Part shown: piece by piece, positions 15,623 through 23,801 of the stretch
Position numbering within the stretch: the stretch's first letter is position 1
How the letters are laid out: every line of letters starts with the position of its first letter
Assembly: GCF_000010625.1 (NCBI RefSeq)
Contig: NC_010296.1
Location: forward strand, 4,680,001 to 4,712,000
DNA from: Microcystis aeruginosa NIES-843
GTDB lineage: Bacteria > Cyanobacteriota > Cyanobacteriia > Cyanobacteriales > Microcystaceae
Reading direction: 5' to 3'
DNA length: 32,000 nucleotides
Made by a program: the position numbers and the translations under genes
Notes under the pieces: model-generated
The model's database searches: none
What the model was told of the DNA's origin: nothing
What the model saw: the letters and a program-made list of their open reading frames with translations, nothing else

Positions 15623-15992
15623 GGTAAAAATATCCGTAAACTTTATTAACAATCTTCCTTGAAAATGTCTTGACTATCGCACCCCGAATCAGGGATCATA
15701 TGAAGATGTAGCGTTTCTCGTCAAGGTGAATTGTAAATTAAACCTTGCCGAAGTAAGAATTCTCAGTTGCGAAAACATACCTCATATATCCGAGAAACGC
15801 TGTAGAGCAGACAGGGATGCAATTCAGACTTGAATTGGCGAAATTCAAGTCTTGACTCTATTTATTGTCAACTTCAGTCCAAAAATACTCTGATGGTTGG
15901 ACACATATGCTCTCTGGACTTGTTCTAACAAGATTCCGGGCTAAATGAAAAATAATCCCATTTAGCTTCTCTAGACCGTTAAGGAGAAACCG

Positions 15993-16613
15993 ATGTCATC
16001 TTATACCACAGAATCAGAAAAAATTGATTTTCCGAAAACCCTAGACATAGCCACCGTTTGCGTCTATGGGCTAGGAATCCTCTCGGCGGGCCTATTTTTA
16101 TTTCTGCCCTTCGTCAACCTGCTGCATCCGAGTCCGTGGCAGCGATGGCTAGGCACAATTCACGGTTTTGGTTCCCTATTAGCCCTAGTCGTGATTGTTT
16201 ACGCTGGTCATCTCGCTTTTCCCCTGCTCAGAGGTTCTGGCAAAATTTTGCGGCAAATGCGAACCCTCACCTTCTGGTCCACCGTCCTCGCTTTTTTGGC
16301 GATCGCCACTGGCAATTTAGCCTATATGCGCTATCGGGCCGGTTTAGAGTTTGGCGGTGCGCGGGCATGGCTAAAGGAAAATTCGCCCCTCGGTCAATAC
16401 GTCCTCATGGAATACCACGAATTCAGCGTCCTTTTTACCCTACCCCTAGGCGTGGCCTGCACTTGGATTCTCTGGAAATACGGCGACTCAATCCTAGACA
16501 AAGCTAATCGACCGGTGTTAACGGTCACTTGCATTGCCCTGATGGCGATGATGTTTTTTGCCATGGGTGGACTCGTTAGCGGCCTCGGTGTTGCCAAAAT
16601 TCACGCCCTTTAA
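15993..16613 (+). CDS. polytopic membrane protein (206 aa), function unknown; conserved His in TM helices
   Basis: There are five to six hydrophobic segments. An AAGGAG Shine-Dalgarno lies 7 nt upstream of the ATG. His-containing helices include WLGTIHGFGSLLALVVIVYAGHL and EYHEF. Confidence 0.6.
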   Translation: MSSYTTESEKIDFPKTLDIATVCVYGLGILSAGLFLFLPFVNLLHPSPWQRWLGTIHGFGSLLALVVIVYAGHLAFPLLRGSGKILRQMRTLTFWSTVLAFLAIATGNLAYMRYRAGLEFGGARAWLKENSPLGQYVLMEYHEFSVLFTLPLGVACTWILWKYGDSILDKANRPVLTVTCIALMAMMFFAMGGLVSGLGVAKIHAL

Positions 16614-16881
16614 CCCATTATTTAGCTATTTTACCTCAAAAGTGAACAAAATTCAACTTTTGCTCGTTTTAGCTACGGTTTTCGGGTTATCTATCGCCGC
16701 TCCCGTCCTAGGGGGTGTAAACTTAGCCCCGATGGTACGGATAGGAAGGCGGCCAGCATTAGCAACCAAAGTCAAATCGTCGGTCATTTCCCTACTGCTG
16801 GTAATACGGTTGGGGACTTTTAGCGGTGGGACTTTTCGGTTTTAGACACTTACGAACTCTGAAAAAATAGGAACAAATCTG

Positions 16882-17190
16882 ATGACTCAACGTTACGTCG
16901 ATAGTCCTTGGTATGGAAAAATCTGGGCTTTTTTAAAACAATTTCCCCAAGGTTTAGCCGAAGGTGCCAAACGTTCCCCTGCCACTTCTGGCCCAGCAGC
17001 TGCGGCGATTATTAGTGCTGGTATTGGCTGTTTTTTAATGATGGTTGCTCACCATTTTTCCGATGCAGACCATTCAAAAACCGTAGAAACTTTTCTTTGG
17101 AATTTGGGTAGTTGGATACCTGGCAGTAAAAATCCTAGCAAAATGTGGGGCAATATCGGCAGTTATAGCGGCAAAGAAACGATGTTATAG
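16882..17190 (+). CDS. membrane protein (102 aa as read); its 3' end abuts the IS630 insertion
   Basis: There is a hydrophobic segment, AAAAIISAGIGCFLMMVAHHF. The stop TAG is formed at the IS junction. Confidence 0.55.
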   Translation: MTQRYVDSPWYGKIWAFLKQFPQGLAEGAKRSPATSGPAAAAIISAGIGCFLMMVAHHFSDADHSKTVETFLWNLGSWIPGSKNPSKMWGNIGSYSGKETML

Positions 17191-18135
17191 TCATTTCAAA
17201 TAAGTGTGAGACGAGGGAAAAATAAGGTAAAATCAAGAGAAACGAGCAACCCATACAGAAAAATGTCTTATAGCCTAGACTTGAGAAAAAAAGTAATCGA
17301 TTATGTAGAGAATGGGGGAAGCATAACCAAAGCCGCCGCTCTATTTAATATAGGAAGAGCGACGATATATAGATGGCTAGGTAGGGAAAAACTGGAAGCA
17401 ACAAAGGTAAAACACCGTCAGAGAAAGCTGGACTGGAAAGCACTGTCAAAAGATGTCCAAGAAAATCCCGAGGCAAGATTAAGAGACAGAGCCGAGAAAT
17501 TTGGAGTGAGACCAAGTGCCATTTGCTATGCCTTAAAAAACATGAAAGTTACCAGAAAAAAGAAGGAACTTCGTTATAGAGAAAGAAACCGAGAAGAAAG
17601 AATGAAATACTACAGAGTGCTGAGAGAATTGATTAAAATATATGGAAGTGAAAGCCTTGTATTTATTGATGAGTCAGGGTTTGAAGAATTTCAAGCCTGT
17701 TTTTATGCTTGGTCAAAAAAAGGGAAGAAAGTCTTTGGAGATAGACAAGGAAAACGAGGAAAAAGAGAGAACCTTGTCGCTGGTAGAAGAAAGGGAAAAA
17801 AAGACTTTATTGCACCGATGGTATTTACGAGAAGCCTGAATGCCGAAGGTTTTGAAGGGTGGTTATCTTTATATTTGTTGCCCTCTCTAACCATAACATC
17901 AGTATTAATTATGGATAATGCACCAATTCATCGGAAGACAGTCATTAAACAACTGGTAGAGGAAGCAGGTCATCAGGTCGTGTTTTTGCCAAAATACTCT
18001 CCTGATTTAAATGATATCGAACATGATTTTAGTGCATTAAAGAGGGCAAGAATGTATGCTCCTGTGGGGACACCCCTTGATGAAATTATTCGTACTTATT
18101 GTGTCGCCTAGTGTCTCGTTCTTATTTGAAATAAC
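17190..18135 (+). mobile_element. IS630-family insertion sequence (946 bp)
   Basis: Terminal inverted repeats are GTCATTTCAAATAAGTGTGAGACGAG / CTCGTTCTTATTTGAAATAAC. It is flanked by TA on both sides. Confidence 0.85.
17263..18111 (+). CDS. IS630/Tc1-type DDE transposase
   Basis: There is an N-terminal HTH (ITKAAALFNIGRATIYRWL). The catalytic residues lie in DESGF, MDNAPIH and LNDIEH, a D..D(~35)E arrangement. The track start at 17206 lies inside the terminal repeat, so the ATG at 17263 is preferred. Confidence 0.85.
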   Translation: MSYSLDLRKKVIDYVENGGSITKAAALFNIGRATIYRWLGREKLEATKVKHRQRKLDWKALSKDVQENPEARLRDRAEKFGVRPSAICYALKNMKVTRKKKELRYRERNREERMKYYRVLRELIKIYGSESLVFIDESGFEEFQACFYAWSKKGKKVFGDRQGKRGKRENLVAGRRKGKKDFIAPMVFTRSLNAEGFEGWLSLYLLPSLTITSVLIMDNAPIHRKTVIKQLVEEAGHQVVFLPKYSPDLNDIEHDFSALKRARMYAPVGTPLDEIIRTYCVA

Positions 18136-18313
18136 TATATTAATTGGCTGGTTGGTCAGTTGGCCGATACTGCATTATCTTTGGAAAGATCGCCAGATAA
18201 AAGCTAAGACCATTCTCTTTTGGTTTTTTGCCCTCATGATTGCCGCCACGGCCATGTCATGGCATCCACTATTTCCCTATTTACCCTTAACTTAAAGCCT
18301 AGGAGGTGACAAA

Positions 18314-18520
18314 ATGAACGCTCAAGTTAGAAAGGTTTCCTCGCGTAAAATGCACGATATCGTCTGGATATTAGTGGGACTTTTTGGTTTATTTGCTATT
18401 ACTTTTCCCCTGGCCATGTGGCGAGTGAGCAATATGGAAAAGTTTCAAGGTTCTCATGTGAAATCTTTAGTCGTAGAAGGAGAAAACGCTCCCCAATCTT
18501 CACAGCTTAAAACTAAATAA
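18314..18520 (+). CDS. small single-pass membrane protein (68 aa), function unknown
   Basis: A strong Shine-Dalgarno, AGGAGGTGAcaaaATG, precedes it. The TM helix is IVWILVGLFGLFAITFPLAMW. Confidence 0.55.
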   Translation: MNAQVRKVSSRKMHDIVWILVGLFGLFAITFPLAMWRVSNMEKFQGSHVKSLVVEGENAPQSSQLKTK

Positions 18521-18628
18521 ATCTGAGTTGTGGATAATCTGAGTTTTGGATAAGTCGAAACCCTGAGACTCAATCCAAATCTAAAACTCTGATTAACATA
18601 CAAAACTCTCCAAACTGTGAACAATTGC

Positions 18629-18883
18629 TAAGTAGGTAGGCGTTAAAAGTTGTCAGATGCCCCCCTTATTAAGGGGGGATTAAGGGGGGATCGGCACCCC
18701 CCTTATCAAGGGTAGATCCCCCCGCCTATCGGCACCCCCCTTATCAAGGGTAGATCCCCCCGCCTATCGGCACCCCCCTTATCAAGGGTAGATCCCCCCG
18801 CCTATCGGCACCCCCCTTATCAAGGGGGGCAGGGGGGATCAGACCTAAAATCCATTTTTAATTTAATTATAACCAACCACTTA
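18629..18883. mobile_element. MITE family B, copy 2, with five hairpin cores including 3 perfect 38-bp tandem units
   Basis: It has the same termini as 13705-13879. The unit GGCACCCCCCTTATCAAGGGTAGATCCCCCCGCCTATC repeats at 18693, 18731 and 18769. Confidence 0.6.
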
Positions 18884-20098
18884 TAATAACTTTTTAGCAA
18901 AATCGATCGCTTCCTGAAAAACTGTAACTTGGCCCTCAATTTGGGCAATTTGTACCTCGGTTAATAACTTACCGATAATCGGACTAGGTTTCAGGTGTAA
19001 ATGGTTGATTAAATCATCGCCCCTTAATAAAGGTCGGGGATGGGCGATAATATTATCGGGATCGAGATAGGAAGTCAACAGAGAAGCGACGATATTTTTG
19101 TTAATCCCCATCGATAGAGCAAAAAGGGCAAAGATAGGAAATACTTTTCCCGTATTTAGATAAATAAAATACTGTTCCCGCAGACTTAAATTATCTGCCT
19201 CCTTGAGGGGAGGTAAACACTTAATCACCGTGATTACCGTGCGAATTTCCCCCCTGGAATACTTGAGATCGATTAACTCTTTTTCCGCTTCTGCTAAAAT
19301 ATCCGATACCAATAGGGCCAATTTTGTCAACTGTAACTGAGAAGGGGAAAAGATAAAGTTTTCTGGTAACAAAGATTCTAAAAATCCCGCTGCCGCTTCC
19401 ACCCCCATAACTCGCTCCATTTTTGCGGGGGTAATCCGACGCAACCAGAGAGATAATAAGCCATCTTCCCAGGCACTTTTTAGCCATTTATTGCCACGGG
19501 AATTGAGCAAAAGGTAATTCAACTCGGATTGTACCCTTTCGGCGGCTACACGGTGCAATAAAGGGGCAAGAGAACGAATAGTTGCACGGGTATGGGGTTC
19601 GATCTCAAAGTCCAATTGAGCCGCTTGTCGATAGGCCCTTAATAATCTTAGGGGATCATCCTGGAGATTTTCGCGGGAAATCATCCGCAGGGATTGGCAG
19701 CCTAAATCTTTTAATCCCCCTAAAGGATCGAAAATTTCTTGGGTGTGGAGATTATAAGCGAGAGCATTAACGGTAAAATCCCGTCTTTTTAGGTCTATTT
19801 CTAGAGATTCTCCCTCCTGTTGTGCGAAATCAAGGGTCCCCTGGGGAAAAACGACGCGAGCAATTTGACGAACGGCATCTAAAACCACAAAACCGGCCTT
19901 ATACTGATGGGCAATAGTTTGGGCAATTTCGATCGCTTTTTCGGGAACCACAAAATCTAGGTCAATATAGTCTTTCTGACGGTTTAATAAAGCGTCTCGC
20001 ACAGCACCACCGACTAAATAAGCATTTTCTGGCAATTCTTGCCGATTAATCGCAAAAACTTCTTTAACTAAACTATCTAGGTTTTTTTGACAAGACAT
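18881..20098 (-). CDS. cca: CCA-adding tRNA nucleotidyltransferase / poly(A) polymerase family
   Basis: Motifs are YLVGGAVRDALLNR, DLDF and RRDFTVNAL. Confidence 0.85.
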   Translation of the reverse strand: MSCQKNLDSLVKEVFAINRQELPENAYLVGGAVRDALLNRQKDYIDLDFVVPEKAIEIAQTIAHQYKAGFVVLDAVRQIARVVFPQGTLDFAQQEGESLEIDLKRRDFTVNALAYNLHTQEIFDPLGGLKDLGCQSLRMISRENLQDDPLRLLRAYRQAAQLDFEIEPHTRATIRSLAPLLHRVAAERVQSELNYLLLNSRGNKWLKSAWEDGLLSLWLRRITPAKMERVMGVEAAAGFLESLLPENFIFSPSQLQLTKLALLVSDILAEAEKELIDLKYSRGEIRTVITVIKCLPPLKEADNLSLREQYFIYLNTGKVFPIFALFALSMGINKNIVASLLTSYLDPDNIIAHPRPLLRGDDLINHLHLKPSPIIGKLLTEVQIAQIEGQVTVFQEAIDFAKKLL

Positions 20099-20193
20099 CG
20101 AGAAGATAAATTTACAAAAATATAATTTTGACAGGCCCCATTTGGGGAGAGACTGAGCTAGATTAGCGGAAAAGACTTATAGAGTTAAACCTA

Positions 20194-20442
20194 ATGTGTA
20201 TTTGTATTAACTGCTATTTTGTTGATCGCTGTCTCACCTATCATGCCGTAGAAACACAACATCAGGAACGTCATCTCACCGAGACACCGGACTTTGAAGC
20301 GAAGAACCCTTCTATTAACGTTAACATTCGCACCAAGGAAGATTATATCGAAATGGAGTGGGATGTGGTGGGTTGTGAAAGCTTTTTACGCGAAACCGGT
20401 AAATGGTCTAGTTTGCGGCCGGGTGAACCAGTTCCCACCTAA
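20194..20442 (+). CDS. ycf34: Ycf34 (conserved cyanobacterial/plastid Fe-S protein)
   Basis: The N-terminus MCICINCYFVDRCLTYHAVETQHQERHL is characteristic. Confidence 0.85.
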   Translation: MCICINCYFVDRCLTYHAVETQHQERHLTETPDFEAKNPSINVNIRTKEDYIEMEWDVVGCESFLRETGKWSSLRPGEPVPT

Positions 20443-20552
20443 AACACCTGAACTACCCATACATATCTACTACAAGAGCCGAAAGTTAATCCCCAAATAT
20501 GTCTTGGACAGCCAACGATTCGAGGAATGCGTAATTTAAGAGCGAGGTATTT

Positions 20553-20810
20553 ATGGATAAAGAAGAAGAACTACTTGAACAATGGCGAGAATTGACCCCG
20601 GAAAAGCAACAAAAAGTTTGGCAATTTGTTCAAATACTTAAATCTGAGTCACAAACAACACCACAAGCTAAATTTATTCCCCAAACACCATTAAGCAAAA
20701 AGTTATGGGAAATCCGACATCGGGCGATCGCATCTGGATTGCAACTGCTCAATGAAGATGAAATAGAACAAGAACTTGCTGCACGTCGAGGAGGGTGCAG
20801 TGAGTCGTGA
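20553..20810 (+). CDS. antitoxin-like small protein (85 aa)
   Basis: Motifs WRELTPEKQQKVWQFVQILK and the C-terminal LNEDEIEQELAARRGG are typical of cyanobacterial VapB-like partners. It is followed by a PIN remnant. Confidence 0.55.
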   Translation: MDKEEELLEQWRELTPEKQQKVWQFVQILKSESQTTPQAKFIPQTPLSKKLWEIRHRAIASGLQLLNEDEIEQELAARRGGCSES

Positions 20811-20955
20811 AATTGCTGGCACTTACGGTTTAGCGGCGATGGATGCACTTCATGTTGCTGCTGCGCTGCAAATTCAAGCTGATGAACTAATCACCACCGA
20901 AAAGCCAACCAAACCAATGCACCGAGTCAGGGAAATTCAGATTGTTTCAATCTAA
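20800..20955 (+). pseudogene. C-terminal remnant (51 codons) of a PIN-domain toxin
   Basis: The frame reads VSREIAGTYGLAAMDALHVAAALQIQADELITTEKPTKPMHRV...*. The N-terminal ~80 aa of a normal PIN domain are missing. Confidence 0.55.
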
Positions 20956-20974
20956 TGTAAGGCTTTGGAGTAAT

Positions 20975-23689
20975 CTAAGAGTAAGGAGACCAGGGACCGA
21001 TGACGGTTTCTCCTCGCTTCTCTTTTTCTGCTAATTCCAGGTTTAAGGTTAATAGTTTCTCTAAAATATCTTCGTCAGCTTGGAAGTGATATGCTTCCAT
21101 TACTAGCTTGTCTAATTTCTGATGGAGTTGATACAGTTGGCTACTGGGTTCGTTAAAGAATTGGTTATATAGTTTGGTGATTCCCCATTGTTTTTTCTCC
21201 ATCTGTTGGCTGCGGTATTCGTGTAATTCGTTGGCGGTTTGACGGATTTTTTCGACAAGTTCCCGTGAAGGTGTCTGGGGAAAAGGGAAGGTTTCAAAAC
21301 AGGTTGTATTGGTGTAGGCTGTTCTGTCCTCAAGTGTAGATTTTTGGGTGTGCATCCAGGTTCGGTGAATGTTAGATAAAAGAATACCTAAGATATAATA
21401 ATCATCGGAAGCAACTACTACAGATTTATCTCCAGGAAGCCAGTCAAGGGGTGCTGGAATAAAAACCGCCCATTTAGAGACTCGTGGGACAGCAAAATAA
21501 AACGATTTTTTAACAATATATTCTCTCATTATTGAAGCATTCGATCCCATCTTCCACCAATTCTCTCTTCTGACTTTCATCCGATTTATCTCTCTTTCTG
21601 GCTTAACATTTACTTTAATATGCTCGAAAGGTAGTGTATATTCACTAGCATCCTCCAAACTCATATCATTAAAATCAATAATCCAGCGTTCTGGCTTACC
21701 GTGAGGATTTTGGGCTAGATTTGCTCCCATTGAAAACAACTTAAGGACATTCCTATTTTTAGAATCTTGTTTAATCCATTCATCAACTTGTTTTTCACTA
21801 ACTAGAAAACCTTTACCAACAGGAATCACTCCTTGAAAACATTGATTAAGATTAGCTTTTAATCGCGGAGATTTGGAGACATCTACAGTCGCTTTTAAAG
21901 AAGAATTAATTTGAGAAACTTGATGATTATCTAAATAATAACTTACTGGTTCAATTTTACTCCAATTGACAATACTAACATGAACATTAGCTTCACCAGA
22001 CCAAGGCTGAGTAGAAATCGCTTCATGAATGTGTCCACCATTATGAGTAATATAATCCAACGCTGCTACACGACTTTTTCCTTGACTAATAGAATTAGTT
22101 CCGACTAAACCCGCTCTTCCTTTCTCGTCTAATTGATCATGTGCTAGACGAAACCAATAGGAACAAAAATCAACCGAGTCTTTAACCTCAGAAAACCTTG
22201 CAAACACTTTATTAACATAATCATCACTGAGATTTAATCTCATGTGTTTACCTCCCAAAAATGGAGGATTACCGATAATTGCGTCCGCTTTTTGCCAATC
22301 CGTAAACAAAGCATCAGCACAAATAATATTACTATCCAAAGTATCCAAAGGTAAAGAAGCTTCCGTCAAATTAAACCTATCAATCGCCACCTTTCTGGCA
22401 ATCATTAAAGTCACCCGCGCTAATTCTACAGCAAAAGGATTAATATCCATTCCATAAAACTGTTTAGGCGTAACAAAACTAATCTGTAATTGGTCACTAG
22501 AAGAACGACGACGGTTAGCAATCTTTTCAATTAATAACTGTTCAATGCGCTTTAATTCTTGATAGGCGACATAGAGAAAATTACCCGAACCGCAAGCCGG
22601 ATCTAATACCTTATACTGCTGTAATTCTAACTGAAGTGTATTTAACTCGCCAATCGTCCCAGCTTGCTCAATTTTCTCCTCCCAGTAACGGCTAATAGTT
22701 GGGCGAACAATTTTCATAATATCCGCTTCTGAGGTAAAGTGCATCCCGTAAGTATGACGTTCTTCAGCATTAGCCGTCCCCTCAAAAATATTACCAAAAA
22801 TTGCCGGACGGATCTTACTCCAATCCTGACGCGCCGCCACATCCAGAAACTCTAATTCTTTATTAGTTAATTCAATCGGATGAATTATACTAAACAGTCC
22901 CCCATTAAAATAATCCACTCCCTGATACTTGCCAGCGGGGGTAATTCCGGGTTGGTTCATCTGTTGAAATAATCCCCCCAAGACATCATAGGAATTGCCA
23001 CCATTTAGACACTCTTGTACACAAGAAATAAATAAATCTCTCGGTAACAATCCTCGATCCTCAGCAAACATTGCCAAGACACACTGCAAAATAAATCGCT
23101 GGGCAGTCAACTCATCAAAACCGCTTTTATGACCGCGTTTTTTTAACAGTTGAAACAACTCACCCATCCGCCGCGCGGCCGTTTCTGTAATCTCGACTTG
23201 ATTATTCTGAAAGATAGGGGTGCGATTCCCTACTTCCATAAAATTGAAGGCACTGACCCGATTTTTCAAATCGTTGAGATTTACTCGATCTACCGGTTCA
23301 TCTATTTGAAGATCAAAATCAAAAATCCAGAACTGATCAAAATTACATAATAAGACATAGCGAGGGCGATTAGGAACCAATCGACTCCAGTATTCAAAAG
23401 CTTGGGGATAGTGCTTACTTAAATCTTCTCCTCGTTTTTTCATTTCAATTAAAACACGAGGTTTCCAAACTAAATCAGCAAATCCGGTTTTACCTTTCTT
23501 GCTACCTTTAGTAATCGCCTCCTCATAGGTTGCACCCGCTTCTAACGCACCTTTATGACCAAAAGCTCGAAAGAAACGGTCTAGGAAAATCTGAGCTTCT
23601 TTCTTTTCTTTGCCAGTAATATGCTGTTGACAAAAATCAATAAATTCCTGTAAGCTTTCAAGGGTAGTAGTCATCTTTTGCCTTTCCAT
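20975..23689 (-). CDS. MmeI-family type IIL restriction-modification enzyme (fused nuclease, N6-adenine methyltransferase and specificity domain), 904 aa
   Basis: There is an N-terminal D-X9-E-X-K nuclease motif (ADLVWKPRVLIEMKK). HFTSEADIMKIV is present. The SAM motif is DPACGSGNFL and the catalytic motif is GNPPFLGG. The single long ORF is intact. Confidence 0.85.
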   Translation of the reverse strand: MERQKMTTTLESLQEFIDFCQQHITGKEKKEAQIFLDRFFRAFGHKGALEAGATYEEAITKGSKKGKTGFADLVWKPRVLIEMKKRGEDLSKHYPQAFEYWSRLVPNRPRYVLLCNFDQFWIFDFDLQIDEPVDRVNLNDLKNRVSAFNFMEVGNRTPIFQNNQVEITETAARRMGELFQLLKKRGHKSGFDELTAQRFILQCVLAMFAEDRGLLPRDLFISCVQECLNGGNSYDVLGGLFQQMNQPGITPAGKYQGVDYFNGGLFSIIHPIELTNKELEFLDVAARQDWSKIRPAIFGNIFEGTANAEERHTYGMHFTSEADIMKIVRPTISRYWEEKIEQAGTIGELNTLQLELQQYKVLDPACGSGNFLYVAYQELKRIEQLLIEKIANRRRSSSDQLQISFVTPKQFYGMDINPFAVELARVTLMIARKVAIDRFNLTEASLPLDTLDSNIICADALFTDWQKADAIIGNPPFLGGKHMRLNLSDDYVNKVFARFSEVKDSVDFCSYWFRLAHDQLDEKGRAGLVGTNSISQGKSRVAALDYITHNGGHIHEAISTQPWSGEANVHVSIVNWSKIEPVSYYLDNHQVSQINSSLKATVDVSKSPRLKANLNQCFQGVIPVGKGFLVSEKQVDEWIKQDSKNRNVLKLFSMGANLAQNPHGKPERWIIDFNDMSLEDASEYTLPFEHIKVNVKPEREINRMKVRRENWWKMGSNASIMREYIVKKSFYFAVPRVSKWAVFIPAPLDWLPGDKSVVVASDDYYILGILLSNIHRTWMHTQKSTLEDRTAYTNTTCFETFPFPQTPSRELVEKIRQTANELHEYRSQQMEKKQWGITKLYNQFFNEPSSQLYQLHQKLDKLVMEAYHFQADEDILEKLLTLNLELAEKEKRGETVIGPWSPYS

Positions 23690-23761
23690 TGGAGTAGGGT
23701 GGGCGTTGTAGTGCGATCACCATCTTACACAATAATTCATCATTCATAATTACCCCTCCCT

Positions 23762-23798
23762 TCTCCTGTCTCGGAGTCTCCTGTCTCGGAGTCTCCTC
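23762..23798. repeat. 15-bp tandem repeat TCTCCTGTCTCGGAG x2.4
   Basis: This is a direct reading. It lies between the LptD-like stop and the RM gene start. Confidence 0.75.
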
Positions 23799-23801
23799 AG
23801 C

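Noticed and set aside
16058-16507. 149-aa Arg/Pro-rich alternative-frame ORF and the minus-strand ORF 16394-16597 inside the 206-aa membrane gene
   Set aside because: Their composition is typical of off-frame reading of GC-richer coding DNA. The membrane-protein frame has a Shine-Dalgarno and coherent TM helices.
16558-16845. 95-aa ORF (possible 67-aa version from GTG 16643) between the two membrane genes
   Set aside because: It has a signal-like start (VNKIQLLLVLATVFGLSIAAP). The remainder is Arg/Ser/Gly-rich with no recognisable features. The long version overlaps the upstream gene. Evidence is too weak to call.
18693-18830. 38-bp tandem units that look superficially like a CRISPR array
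   Set aside because: The units abut directly, so there are no unique spacers because the inter-core sequence is itself repeated. No cas genes or leader are present. The block sits inside an element with inverted termini that has a second copy at 13705-13879.
21112-23350. Short ORFs inside the RM gene (21112-21333, 22242-22457, 23150-23350), inside cca (19221-19487, 19582-19770), and the LptD-like antisense ORFs (24748-24951, 25029-25337, 26005-26286)
   Set aside because: All are nested in long, motif-supported genes and have no start or RBS context.
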